Shown piece by piece: positions 8,767 through 18,357 of a stretch of DNA of 64,000 nucleotides; position 1 is the first letter of the stretch; the number at the start of each line of letters is the position of its first letter. Under the pieces are notes generated by a model that worked only from the letters and a program-made list of their open reading frames with translations, did not search any database and was not told the DNA's origin. The stretch is from Candidatus Dojkabacteria bacterium (GTDB taxonomy: Bacteria > Patescibacteriota > Dojkabacteria > SC72), in contig JACPFP010000002.1 of the NCBI GenBank assembly GCA_016182915.1, positions 155,188 through 219,187 of the forward strand, given 5' to 3'. A program made the translations under genes and the position numbers.

Positions 8767-10770
8767 TTACTTAGCCTGATAGTCCACCCACCAATCTATA
8801 AATTCACGAGCAACTTTTGCCGCATAGAAACTTTCCCCACCATCTTCAAGAAGAACTACAAATGAATACTTAGGTTTTTCGTAAGGGAAGAAACCTGTAA
8901 CCCAAGCATGAGTATGCTCATAGATACCTTTTGAGTTAAGTTTCCCGAATTCCGCCGTTCCCGTTTTTCCTGCGACCTCAACTTTTGCATCGGTAAGGGG
9001 GAAGATAACTCTTCTGGATCCGTTTACCGCTGACCACATACCCTCTCTAACCGTCGCAAGGGCGGTTGCTGATGCAATCTTTGTATGTAGTGGGTTATAC
9101 TGCAATTTACTCTCAATTCCTTCGGAGCTTACCAATTTTGCCCCTACATGAGGAGTTTGTAAAGTCCCACCATTGGCAATTGCGGCAACCCAATTAGACA
9201 TCTGAATTGGAGTCACAGTTGTTATTCCCTGCCCTATAACCGAGTTACATGAATCCCCCTCTGGGTACCATATCGGGTCAAGCCAAGGGCTGGTACTCTT
9301 TGCCAAGGCAATCTTATTTTCCGGAGAGGGTAACATTCCCGCCCCCTCACCCGGGATATCTATATATGTATATTGGCCTATTCCAAACTTCTCTAGGTAT
9401 GGAACCAACTTATTCATATCCCAGTTTCTAATTGTCTCACAGAAAAAAAGGTTGGAAGAGACCGTAAGAGCACCAACAACTGTAAGAGGACCATATGATT
9501 TATCCCGATACTCCTGGAATCTAGCGCCGTTTGAGAATGTATATCCAGGTCGGCTTACGTAAACAGTACTAGTATTTATGGCTCCTGCATCAAGTGCAGC
9601 GGCAGCAACAATTGTTTTGAAAGTTGATCCAGGCGGTATCTGAGCTCCAATAGCCCTATTATTTAAAGGAGTCCTCTTGTCATTAAGCAGTTTATTGTAC
9701 TCTTTAATAGAAATACCCCCTATAAACTTGTTGTTATCATAACTTGGATATGAGGCCAGAACCAGAAGCTCACCTGTATTTACATCCTGGAGAATTCCAA
9801 CTGCACCTGTTGCCTTATAATCTTTAACTCCCTTCTCTAGTATTTTATACATCTGATTCTGGGCTTTAGAATCAAGTGTTAGATATAAACTGTCTCCTGA
9901 TTTTGCCTTCTCTAAAGTAATCTCCGAATCAGAGAGGATATTCCCAACACTATCTACCTCCCTCGCCTTCTTACCATCTTCTCCAAAAAGTTCCTCATCA
10001 TAGGATTTTTCAATCCCGCTTTTCCCTATAACATCATTCAGCTTAACGTAATCTAGATTCTCAAGCTCTTCTTCATATACATCCCCTGTATATCCAAGAA
10101 TGTGACCAAGAGATATCCCAGCTGGATATGATCTTTGAGAAGCATCATCGACTGTAATTCCTGGAAGAGACTCAGAGAGAGATTTAACCTGAATTGCCGT
10201 TTGATTATCTATACCTCTAACAATTACTAACGTTTTGGCCAAGAATTTCTCCGTCTCATTCATCTTATCTATTGTTGTAAAGACTTTTTCAGAAATATCT
10301 TCCGGCCGATGTTTTTCAGGGACAAGGGTCTCTATCTTTTCTAGGGTTTTGGCTATACCATCGTAGTTAAACTCTGCCCCTACTTTGTACTCACGGAGGT
10401 CTATTGAAATATTAATAGAAGGAATATTTTCAGCAAGTTTCTTCCCATTTCTATCAAAAATCACTCCCCTTTTTGCAGGAATGGCAACTATCTCTAGTTT
10501 GTTGTTTACAGATCTGTCATAGAGCTCGTTTCCATTTACAACCTGTAGATTAAAAAGCGACGAGAGAACTGTTACCAGAAAAAGAATAATTATTAGAAAC
10601 GGGACAACATAGTTCCACTTTGATATAACGACATCCTCCTTATGTTTCTTTTTAAGGGAATCAACAGCAGTCTTCTTAATTTTCTCAACATCTCCTAAAT
10701 TGAAATACTGTTTAAAATTAAGGGATGAGCGATTCTCTTTCTCAAGTTTTTTGGAAAGTTTTAAATCCAC
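8767..10770 (-). CDS. mrdA: Penicillin-binding protein 2
   Basis: AKRGVIFDRNG, PGSTFK (SxxK), SSN, KTGTAE; follows mreBCD. Confidence 0.95.
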   Translation of the reverse strand: MDLKLSKKLEKENRSSLNFKQYFNLGDVEKIKKTAVDSLKKKHKEDVVISKWNYVVPFLIIILFLVTVLSSLFNLQVVNGNELYDRSVNNKLEIVAIPAKRGVIFDRNGKKLAENIPSINISIDLREYKVGAEFNYDGIAKTLEKIETLVPEKHRPEDISEKVFTTIDKMNETEKFLAKTLVIVRGIDNQTAIQVKSLSESLPGITVDDASQRSYPAGISLGHILGYTGDVYEEELENLDYVKLNDVIGKSGIEKSYDEELFGEDGKKAREVDSVGNILSDSEITLEKAKSGDSLYLTLDSKAQNQMYKILEKGVKDYKATGAVGILQDVNTGELLVLASYPSYDNNKFIGGISIKEYNKLLNDKRTPLNNRAIGAQIPPGSTFKTIVAAAALDAGAINTSTVYVSRPGYTFSNGARFQEYRDKSYGPLTVVGALTVSSNLFFCETIRNWDMNKLVPYLEKFGIGQYTYIDIPGEGAGMLPSPENKIALAKSTSPWLDPIWYPEGDSCNSVIGQGITTVTPIQMSNWVAAIANGGTLQTPHVGAKLVSSEGIESKLQYNPLHTKIASATALATVREGMWSAVNGSRRVIFPLTDAKVEVAGKTGTAEFGKLNSKGIYEHTHAWVTGFFPYEKPKYSFVVLLEDGGESFYAAKVAREFIDWWVDYQAK

Positions 10771-10772
10771 TA

Positions 10773-11270
10773 TTACAGTTTTATTATTTTATGACCTGTT
10801 CCACCGGAAAAGTATGTTCGGAACATGCTGATTAAGAGTAGGACTGAGGACATTATAAAGGAGTATAGTAAAGAAGAAGCTAGTTCTTGAAAGTTCTCAA
10901 ATGCTCTAAATCCACTTCCGCTACTAAGATTCATAAAGATCTCCAATGATACATAGAAAAGAAAGAAAGATATCGTTGTGAAGATTAAATCTAATGTTCT
11001 AGTTTCATTAGGGATAACCCTCTTAATTATTATATCGAAAATATATGAGACGTAGATCGAAATAAAAGTTGAACCGAAAAGAAGATGGAAAGTTACATCA
11101 TTAAGAAGACTCAATATAAAGATTGTAATATAGACCCAAAGATTATGTGAGTATCTTAGAACTAGAAGAGAGAAGAGTGCAGTTACGTTAATACCCAAGA
11201 AACCGTAGAAAAACGGAGAAAGAATAGGCATAAGAAAAATCCCAAAGATTGTAATAATTACTTCGCTCAT
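10773..11270 (-). CDS. mreD: Rod shape-determining protein MreD-like membrane protein
   Basis: Hydrophobic multi-TM protein of 165 aa located between mreC and mrdA. Confidence 0.65.
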   Translation of the reverse strand: MSEVIITIFGIFLMPILSPFFYGFLGINVTALFSLLVLRYSHNLWVYITIFILSLLNDVTFHLLFGSTFISIYVSYIFDIIIKRVIPNETRTLDLIFTTISFFLFYVSLEIFMNLSSGSGFRAFENFQELASSLLYSFIMSSVLLLISMFRTYFSGGTGHKIIKL

Positions 11271-12097
11271 TGTATTTCTATAATATATCTATTTAAATCA
11301 TAGTAGTTAACTGAGATTTCAATACTGGAGGTAATGGATGAGGAAGCAGGATCTCGATCAAGATCCTTAATCCTTCCGAGAACAAGATAGCTCCCTATCT
11401 TAGGGTCATTTGTTATTACAAAATCGCCATCTGCGACCCCTTTATCAGTACTTATATTCTCGACTGATACCCAATCTCCCTTCCCTATCGCAACTGCTTT
11501 GGATTTCGTCTTTTCCGAAACCAGTCTCTTCAGTTGATCAGTATTTAAACCCTCAATATTAGTTGGTTTAATAACTGAGACCTGGATAAAACTGGATCTA
11601 TTATATGGGAGTTTAACTGTTCCTGAAGACCTATCCAAGCTATCAATAAATCCAACATAATACTGACCATATTGAACAACCCCTCCCTTTTTAACTCCGT
11701 TGTCACTACCTAAATCAATATAGCCAATCTCCAATCCCTCTCCCATGAACATATTTACTTCGGAGTATTTTGATTTCTTTGCAAGAAACCTTTCAGACTT
11801 TTTAAGTTGAGTATTCTCTTCTATTAGGAATGATATGGTATCCAGTTGAGATTTAAGCGTTGAGTTTTCGTCACGAAGTTTTTCATTTTCATTCTTTATC
11901 TCAATTATTTCTGAAAAAAGGGTGAAGTAGTTCTTGACCTGCCTACCGTTAACCACTTGATCGTGAGAAGTATTTGTATATACATACGAAATATAATTCC
12001 TTAGCCAGCTCATCTGAGAGCTTAAAAAAAGAAGAATTACGCTTAGGACAAGAAAGAAAAGTATATATAATTTATTTTCATTCTGATTACTCTCCAT
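11267..12097 (-). CDS. mreC: Rod shape-determining protein MreC
   Basis: N-terminal TM helix, coiled coil (ENEKLRDEN), IDLGSDNGVKKG; follows mreB. Confidence 0.85.
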   Translation of the reverse strand: MESNQNENKLYILFFLVLSVILLFLSSQMSWLRNYISYVYTNTSHDQVVNGRQVKNYFTLFSEIIEIKNENEKLRDENSTLKSQLDTISFLIEENTQLKKSERFLAKKSKYSEVNMFMGEGLEIGYIDLGSDNGVKKGGVVQYGQYYVGFIDSLDRSSGTVKLPYNRSSFIQVSVIKPTNIEGLNTDQLKRLVSEKTKSKAVAIGKGDWVSVENISTDKGVADGDFVITNDPKIGSYLVLGRIKDLDRDPASSSITSSIEISVNYYDLNRYIIEIQ

Positions 12098-12113
12098 TCA
12101 ATAGTATATTGTG

Positions 12114-13169
12114 CTATATAATTTCATTCCATGATCTTTGAATACGCTCAAGAAGCTCAATGTGATCAAGCATTAACGAGGTACCTCTTGCAACCGTAGA
12201 CATAGGGTCATTTACAATATTTACAGGGACATTCAGTTCACTCTGCCACAATTTGTCGAGTCCGCGAATCAGTGCTCCCCCACCCGCCAAATTAATACCC
12301 GAGGTGAGTAGATCTGTAAGAAGTTCTGGTGGGGTTTCTTCAATAGCATCTTTAACTGCATCTGTAATCTGTTCGATAGAGTTCAGCATTGCCTCTCTTG
12401 CTTCCACACTTGTAAACTCAACAGACTTTGGGAGTCCTGTAATAAGGTCGCGACCCTGTATTATAACAGTCTGCTCTTCTTCTAATGGCGAGGCGGAACC
12501 TATTGCAATTTTAACATCTTCAGCCGTTCGCTCTCCTATTAAAATATTATATTTATCCCTAACATAATCAATTATATCCTGATCCATCTCATCTCCCGCA
12601 ATCCTAATCGTCTTGTCTACAACAATATCTCCTAAGGAGAGAACCGCAATATCTGAAGTCCCCCCTCCGATATCAACAATCATACTTCCTGAAGCCTGTT
12701 CAACAGGTAATCCAGCTCCAATCGCCGCTGCCATTGCCTCTTCAACTATAAAGACCTCACGAGCTCCAGCCGTCTTACACGCATCAATAACAGCCTGACG
12801 TTCAACCTCTGTTACAGAGGATGGTACGCCAACAATAACTCTTGGTTTTGGAATCTTAAATGATTTAGCAACATAGGTATGAGTAAGGCCAATAAAATGA
12901 TGGATCATTGCCTGCGTAGTATCGAAATCTGTAATTACACCATCACGCAAAGGCCTCACAGCAACTACGTTTGCAGGGGTTCTTCCAATCATCTGCCTTG
13001 CATCCTTTCCAACTGCTAGTACCCTGTTGGTCTTCTTATCTATAGCAACAACGGAAGGCTCAGAGACAACAATTCCTTTACCTCTCAGGTATACCATTGT
13101 ATTGGCAGTTCCTAGGTCTATACCGATATAGTATGTAATAAGTTCTAGAAGGGAATTAATAATATTCAT
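12114..13169 (-). CDS. mreB: Rod shape-determining protein MreB
   Basis: IGIDLGTANT, EPSVVA, RPLRDGVI, DIGGGT, GGGAL. Confidence 0.97.
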   Translation of the reverse strand: MNIINSLLELITYYIGIDLGTANTMVYLRGKGIVVSEPSVVAIDKKTNRVLAVGKDARQMIGRTPANVVAVRPLRDGVITDFDTTQAMIHHFIGLTHTYVAKSFKIPKPRVIVGVPSSVTEVERQAVIDACKTAGAREVFIVEEAMAAAIGAGLPVEQASGSMIVDIGGGTSDIAVLSLGDIVVDKTIRIAGDEMDQDIIDYVRDKYNILIGERTAEDVKIAIGSASPLEEEQTVIIQGRDLITGLPKSVEFTSVEAREAMLNSIEQITDAVKDAIEETPPELLTDLLTSGINLAGGGALIRGLDKLWQSELNVPVNIVNDPMSTVARGTSLMLDHIELLERIQRSWNEII

Positions 13170-13225
13170 TAAATAGCCAATAAAATAACTCTAGCTATTG
13201 TAACATTAAAGGGGGGATATTTCAG

Positions 13226-13441
13226 CTATGCTGTTTGATCTTTTTTCAATCTCTTGTAGCACTTCATACATACCTCTGTGCGTACAACCTGACCATCAAC
13301 CTCAAGATCTAACTTTTTAAGATTAGGTTTGAATACTCTAACAGTCTTTGGTGCTTTAAATCTCCACTGAATGGAGTGATGATGTTGAATTCTTCTTCCC
13401 GCGATTCTTCCTTTACCGCAAATTGCACAGATTTTTGTCAT
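13226..13441 (-). CDS. rpmB: 50S ribosomal protein L28 (zinc-ribbon type)
   Basis: CAICGK...RVFKPNL...CMKC. Confidence 0.92.
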   Translation of the reverse strand: MTKICAICGKGRIAGRRIQHHHSIQWRFKAPKTVRVFKPNLKKLDLEVDGQVVRTEVCMKCYKRLKKDQTA

Positions 13442-13506
13442 GATATGTATTTGAATACTAAAATGCTAGGTGATATTATCAAAAAGTAACGTTTTTGACA
13501 AGCACT

Positions 13507-14118
13507 ATGCATATGGACACATTATATTGGATTATTTTTGCAATTCCCTCAATTGTAGTTGCGTCTACTGTACATGAATATGCTCATGCCTGGACTGCAT
13601 ACAAATTAGGCGATCCTACAGCCAAAGCAGAAGGTAGGCTTACATTAAATCCTCTCGTCCATATAGATCCAATTGGAGCCCTTATGCTTATAATAGCAAG
13701 GATTGGTTGGAGCAAACCAGTACCAATCTACGAAGGAAACTTCAAAAATCCAGTACAGGGAACTGCTCTTACTGCCATAGCAGGACCATTAAGCAACCTC
13801 CTTCTTACCCTTATAACAGCAGTTATATACAACATCTTCCTTACAAACTCTTCACTCTTTGTTCAATCATTCGTTCTAACCTTCGCCCTGATTAACCTCT
13901 CACTTATGGTCTTCAACCTTCTGCCAATTCCTCCATTGGACGGACACAAAATTGTAAGGGCATTCCTTCCGCTAAAACTGAGGTACTCATGGGAGATGTT
14001 AGATAAATATGCTATATGGTTAATAATTATTCTTTTCCTCCCAATCTCACCTTTGCAGACCTACACATCCCGATTTATCTCTACAATACTAGACTTTTTC
14101 CTCAAACTCCTCTTTTAG
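13507..14118 (+). CDS. Site-2 protease family (M50) protein
   Basis: HEYAHA, GDPTAKAEGRLTLNP, AGPLSN, FNLLPIPPLDG; exact start (13495/13507/13513) uncertain. Confidence 0.92.
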   Translation: MHMDTLYWIIFAIPSIVVASTVHEYAHAWTAYKLGDPTAKAEGRLTLNPLVHIDPIGALMLIIARIGWSKPVPIYEGNFKNPVQGTALTAIAGPLSNLLLTLITAVIYNIFLTNSSLFVQSFVLTFALINLSLMVFNLLPIPPLDGHKIVRAFLPLKLRYSWEMLDKYAIWLIIILFLPISPLQTYTSRFISTILDFFLKLLF

Positions 14119-14140
14119 TACTACAACCCTAAAGTTATTA

Positions 14141-14169
14141 TTGCCTAGAAAAATTATCTAGGTTAGAAT
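14141..14169 (+). promoter_or_regulatory. Sigma70-type promoter of the 6S-like RNA
   Basis: TTGCCT-17 nt-TAGAAT, ending 5 nt before the first paired base of the hairpin. Confidence 0.7.
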
Positions 14170-14174
14170 TAATT

Positions 14175-14313
14175 GCTCTAGTGGAAGTACAAGAGAGTGT
14201 TTGGCTCCGTAACCAACGTTATGGGACTTCAACATTGCTTGGCTCTTTGGAGTCAGGTTGCGAAAACCCACTTTTTTGGAGCAGAGCTCCAAAACCTCTC
14301 TTTCCGCTAGAGC
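14175..14313 (+). ncRNA. Rod-shaped ncRNA, probable 6S RNA
   Basis: Nested pairings GCTCTAGTGGAA/TTCCGCTAGAGC, AGAGAG/CTCTCT, TTTGG/CCAAA, GCTC/GAGC, then a large internal bubble and an apical hairpin; promoter upstream and T-tract downstream. Confidence 0.65.
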
Positions 14314-14327
14314 GCTTTCTTTCTATG
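14307..14327 (+). repeat. Direct repeat copy 1 (CTAGAGCGCTTTCTTTCTATG)
   Basis: 20/21 identical to 14948-14968. Confidence 0.9.
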
Positions 14328-14396
14328 ATGTTATGACCAAGTTATCAATTCCCGTACTTTTCTGAAAAACACTTATATAGTGGTATAATATCAACT

Positions 14397-14951
14397 ATGA
14401 GGAGTAATAATAGTTTGCAAGACGCGCTTGATAGTTTTAAACCAGAGCTAGACATTCCAGCGGATCGCCTCTCTCCTGCTCAATTTGCAGAAGTTCTTAG
14501 TGAGCTTGGAGTTGTCTGTAACGAAGATGCAATATTTTCTTACATTACATGTACTAGACCCGATTTCTGTGGTGATAGGTACGATTTAAGGTTTTTCAGA
14601 GAAGATACCGACACCGCCCCTTCAATCGAATTGGCAGTAACAATGGTGAAGGATCTTGAAAAATGGAGAGTACATCAAATCTTCGATCCCCGTGAACCAT
14701 ATAGATTACATGAATGGGAATCCAAACCGACAAAGACCCAATGGCTAAAAAAAATGGATAGCTCATCACCAATTGAATTGCACGAAGTAACCTACAACAC
14801 CGCCGATTCCAAAATGTTTTCAGGTTCAACTGTATATACAATAACAACAGATGAAAAATTAGAGATAGAACTATCCCCCGTCGAACTATTAAATGCAATT
14901 TTAAAAGCAAAGGAAAACGGTCCTTTTAATTTCATAATCCTTCTGGACTAG
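14397..14951 (+). CDS. Hypothetical protein (184 aa) inside a direct-repeat-flanked cassette
   Basis: Long ORF with its own TGGTATAAT promoter 7 nt before the ATG; no recognisable motif. Confidence 0.7.
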   Translation: MRSNNSLQDALDSFKPELDIPADRLSPAQFAEVLSELGVVCNEDAIFSYITCTRPDFCGDRYDLRFFREDTDTAPSIELAVTMVKDLEKWRVHQIFDPREPYRLHEWESKPTKTQWLKKMDSSSPIELHEVTYNTADSKMFSGSTVYTITTDEKLEIELSPVELLNAILKAKENGPFNFIILLD

Positions 14952-14968
14952 AGCGCTTTCTTTTTATG
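14948..14968 (+). repeat. Direct repeat copy 2 (CTAGAGCGCTTTCTTTTTATG)
   Basis: 20/21 identical to 14307-14327; contains the stop codons of both convergent genes. Confidence 0.9.
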
Positions 14969-15790
14969 TAGTTTCTTACGCATTTCTTCAACCTTCTCCT
15001 CCCACTCTTTCTGACTTAGTGGCTTTGCCATTCCCCAAAAAGCTTTGAATATCTGCCTTTGCATCTTTGCAAATTTAGCATCCGTTATTTCAACCCCGTA
15101 TACATCTCCCTTAAGCCAGTTAAATATGACAACAGTATCATTATATATATCCATCTCAATTGTAATATCTAGCTCCTCAGGTTCAATATACCTAATCTCA
15201 TCCCCTACGAAGGGCATTAAATCACCGCTCGCCATCATCTCGCTTTTTAAAAATTCAACAGACCTTAAATCCCTAATTTCAATTCCCCTGACCACACACT
15301 CACTCGACCACTTGTGAAAGAACTTATCCCCTGTAATCTCATTAAGAATTCTGTATGAATACACAAGAATCTCTTTTTCAGCACGAAGTTCATTCCAAAG
15401 TACCTGTTTGATACCTTCAACTCCTTTATAGAACTTTACATTGGTGGGGAGTGAGGACTGCCTATATTCACCAACAATATTAAGAAAGCTTGGGAGGTTC
15501 TTTGATATAAAGGTAGTCTTATTGATAACTTCTTCAGCATGACGTTGTAGGACGGAGAGGTCACAGGCCTGTAGAAACCTCTTATTGAATTCCAATCTCT
15601 CAACTACAATCCCCTTCTCTATAAGTCCTTCAAGAAGTCTATATAGCTTAGTTCTTTCAATACCTGAACTGCGAGAAAGATTGAGAATTGTCATTTCCCC
15701 CTTTATTAGAAGGTTCGTGTATATAGTGATTTCCTCTTCACCATAGCCTAAATCCTTCAGGTATCTATTTAAGAAATCTATATTATCCAT
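14948..15790 (-). CDS. TrmB family transcriptional regulator
   Basis: LGYGEEEITIY...SGIERTKLYRLLEGLIEKG wHTH; VKFYKGVEG; IYNDTV...GVEI effector domain; start set at MDNIDF. Confidence 0.85.
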   Translation of the reverse strand: MDNIDFLNRYLKDLGYGEEEITIYTNLLIKGEMTILNLSRSSGIERTKLYRLLEGLIEKGIVVERLEFNKRFLQACDLSVLQRHAEEVINKTTFISKNLPSFLNIVGEYRQSSLPTNVKFYKGVEGIKQVLWNELRAEKEILVYSYRILNEITGDKFFHKWSSECVVRGIEIRDLRSVEFLKSEMMASGDLMPFVGDEIRYIEPEELDITIEMDIYNDTVVIFNWLKGDVYGVEITDAKFAKMQRQIFKAFWGMAKPLSQKEWEEKVEEMRKKLHKKKAL

Positions 15791-15846
15791 GTTGTGCAAA
15801 TTTTACACAGATTTATAAAAGTTAACAAGAGAGAGAAAATGCATGT

Positions 15847-16356
15847 ATGAATACAAAGGAAAAGGCACTCAAAATACTCGAAGAAAATCTGTACATGACC
15901 CTCTCAACCGTTGACCCAGAGGGCAACCCTTGGATATCCAATGCGTACTTCGCCTACGATAAAGATATGAATATATACTGGTATTCCCCAAGAAAGAGTC
16001 AACATTCTACATATATTAGGAATAACCCGAATATTGCAATATCGATATTTAACTCCACCCTTACTGGGGAAGATGTCGATGCAATATACATAAAAGCCAA
16101 AGCAAAGGAGTTAACAAATCCCCTCGAGATCGCTAGAGGCCTAAAGATACTTGGAAAGAAATTACTTAAGACCAAGTTTGTAAATGGAAGAGACGAGATG
16201 AAAAAGTTTATATCATCCGTAAGAGACTTCAGATTAACCTCCCCACTTAGAATGTACATAGCTAAGTCTACAGAGATATTCAAGCTTGCACCCATCATGA
16301 TGTACAAAAAACATTACCTTGACAGCAAAATCAAGGTAGAGTTGGAAGAGAAATAA
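15847..16356 (+). CDS. Pyridoxamine 5'-phosphate oxidase family (FMN split-barrel) protein
   Basis: MTLSTVDPEGNPW, SQHSTYIRNNPNIAISI. Confidence 0.85.
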   Translation: MNTKEKALKILEENLYMTLSTVDPEGNPWISNAYFAYDKDMNIYWYSPRKSQHSTYIRNNPNIAISIFNSTLTGEDVDAIYIKAKAKELTNPLEIARGLKILGKKLLKTKFVNGRDEMKKFISSVRDFRLTSPLRMYIAKSTEIFKLAPIMMYKKHYLDSKIKVELEEK

Positions 16357-16463
16357 CAGAGAAATCAAGAAGAGAATTATAAGAAATATAAGGTGGAGGC
16401 CTTAAACATATTCAGCATAGCTAGAATTGACTATATCTTACTGATATAATATCCTACATGCGC

Positions 16464-16540
16464 GCTGAAGTAGCTCAGTTGGTCAGAGCAGCTGTTTTGT
16501 AAACAGCAGGTCGAGAGTCCGAGTCTCTCCTTCAGCTCCA
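16464..16540 (+). tRNA. tRNA-Thr(TGT)
   Basis: Cloverleaf with GCTGAAG/CTTCAGC acceptor, anticodon TGT, CCA encoded; T-loop reads TCCGAGT. Confidence 0.95.
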
Positions 16541-16544
16541 GTGA

Positions 16545-16627
16545 GCAAGGGTGGTGGAGTGGTCTAACACATCAGACTGTAAATCTGACGCCTTCGGGCT
16601 TCACAGGTTCAAATCCTGTCCCTTGCA
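16545..16627 (+). tRNA. tRNA-Tyr(GTA)
   Basis: GCAAGGG/CCCTTGC acceptor, anticodon GTA, long variable arm; CCA not encoded. Confidence 0.95.
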
Positions 16628-16662
16628 CATTGGAAAACTTTAATACCTTATCAAAATAAAAA

Positions 16663-17022
16663 ATGGACTACACCTTAGTAGGTGCAATATCCAACGCAGG
16701 AAATGCATCGGATAAATATAGAGAACAACTACCTCCAGAGCCCTCAACTGACTTACCTGTCAATGTTGAAAGCATAGAGCAAACCCAGCTCTTTGTAATA
16801 ACCAAAATACAACTGAAGGGTTCGGAAGCCCCCCTTACCCTCGACGATCCCGTTCGAGTATTTAGAAATAGTTTTCGTATTGATGGCGTAATCACAGAGT
16901 TCGAGATTGAAAGAGATCCGCTAAAAGGCCATAAAATGTTTGTCCACGTGGAATCCCCAGTTTTTCCCGAAGGACCGATTAGATGTGACACGACTTTATA
17001 TCAAATCGTAAAGAAAAAATAA
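16663..17022 (+). CDS. Hypothetical protein
   Basis: 119-aa ORF filling the gap after tRNA-Tyr; no motif recognised. Confidence 0.6.
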   Translation: MDYTLVGAISNAGNASDKYREQLPPEPSTDLPVNVESIEQTQLFVITKIQLKGSEAPLTLDDPVRVFRNSFRIDGVITEFEIERDPLKGHKMFVHVESPVFPEGPIRCDTTLYQIVKKK

Positions 17023-17142
17023 CACATTAATCCATATATGATATAATGTACACGTACTTGGCGAAATAAGTGGGTGTATATATAAATAAAACATTTCCCC
17101 TATTTACGTAAGTTACGAATTTAATTTATTTTATTTATTTAC

Positions 17143-17487
17143 ATGTCCACAAAGTTATATTTGGGCAATCTCTCATACTCTCTCACAGAAGAGGACCTAA
17201 GGACTTTTCTTGCAGATTACGGCGACCTAGAGGAAGTAGTAATCATCAAGGATAAGTTTTCTGGTAGATCTAAGGGATTCGGTTTCGCAACTCTCGCAAG
17301 TGAAGAGATGGCAAAGAAAGCTATCGAAGAACTAAACGGAAAAGAGTTAGATGGTAGAAATATCGTTGTAAACGAATCTAGACCTATGGAAGATAGACCT
17401 AGAAGAGACAACAGAAGTGGTGGTGGATTCGGCGGTGGAAACCGTGGAGGAAGCAGCTACGGAAATAACAGAGGAGACAGATACTAG
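17143..17487 (+). CDS. RRM-domain RNA-binding protein with Gly/Arg-rich tail
   Basis: KLYLGNLS (RNP2), RSKGFGFA (RNP1), RGG-like tail. Confidence 0.95.
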   Translation: MSTKLYLGNLSYSLTEEDLRTFLADYGDLEEVVIIKDKFSGRSKGFGFATLASEEMAKKAIEELNGKELDGRNIVVNESRPMEDRPRRDNRSGGGFGGGNRGGSSYGNNRGDRY

Positions 17488-17509
17488 TCTCACTGGTTGT
17501 TCGAAACTG

Positions 17510-17541
17510 AACAGGGGCAGAAATGCCCCTGTTTGTTTTTT
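17510..17541 (+). terminator. Rho-independent terminator
   Basis: AACAGGGGCA-GAAA-TGCCCCTGTT followed by a T-rich tract. Confidence 0.85.
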
Positions 17542-17584
17542 AGGGTTGTGCCAATTTACATTTACTAATATAATAACCACATAT

Positions 17585-17660
17585 GCTGAATTAGCTCAGT
17601 TGGTAGAGCATTCCCATGGTAAGGGAAAGGTCCTGAGTTCGATCCTCAGATTCAGCTCCA
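17585..17660 (+). tRNA. tRNA-Thr(GGT)
   Basis: GCTGAAT/ATTCAGC acceptor, anticodon GGT, CCA encoded. Confidence 0.95.
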
Positions 17661-17698
17661 TTTGGTAATTGCTCAATTAATTTTGTTTAAGATTTGAA

Positions 17699-18202
17699 AT
17701 GGCAAAATCAGACTCCTCTATTCCCCCAGAATACAACATAAATTCCTTGGCCACTACAATGGACATGCAGGGAAAAGACGTACTATTAATTCAGAACGTT
17801 GAACAATTTAATAAGTATACAGAAGAACTAAAAGCAGGTGTGCTTGTTCTTACTAGTCAAGTAGCGAGCCCAGAATTAGTTAGAGATGATTTCAACTGCG
17901 CCGTTTTTGAGTATCTAGATGGAAATGATCACTTACCTACGATTTCCTCCCCTAAGTATTTACCTAGTTTCGATTACATTCTTTACGCAAAACATCAGGA
18001 AACTATACAACAGGTCTTTATATCTGTTGACCTCACCAAACTTACGGATCAACAGGTAGTCGCAGTCTTGAGCTTAATCTACGACATGTGCTCAGAAGAT
18101 GAAGGAGGAATAGGTAAAAAATTGAAGTTTATTATGCACGATGAGAGAATACCCACCAAAATCCTTTCAATAACAACAACCTTTGATGACACAGAAGAAT
18201 AA
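17699..18202 (+). CDS. Hypothetical acidic protein
   Basis: 167-aa ORF after tRNA-Thr; no motif recognised. Confidence 0.65.
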   Translation: MAKSDSSIPPEYNINSLATTMDMQGKDVLLIQNVEQFNKYTEELKAGVLVLTSQVASPELVRDDFNCAVFEYLDGNDHLPTISSPKYLPSFDYILYAKHQETIQQVFISVDLTKLTDQQVVAVLSLIYDMCSEDEGGIGKKLKFIMHDERIPTKILSITTTFDDTEE

Positions 18203-18357
18203 AGCCAGGAGTAGTTTTTGTATATTTTCAACCTTAAACACCCTCTTTTTAACCCGATAAACATAAATAGATAGGTAGTAAAAATATAATTTGACCCTTT
18301 TCTTCTTTTCTCCTATAATCATTAGACTATAAACTTCTAAATTTAAATCCCTTAGAT

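Noticed and set aside
14175-14313. SRP (4.5S) RNA interpretation, because TCAGG and AGCAG both occur
   Set aside because: The two motifs do not flank a short GNRA-capped helix as in SRP domain IV; the rod with central bubble fits 6S better
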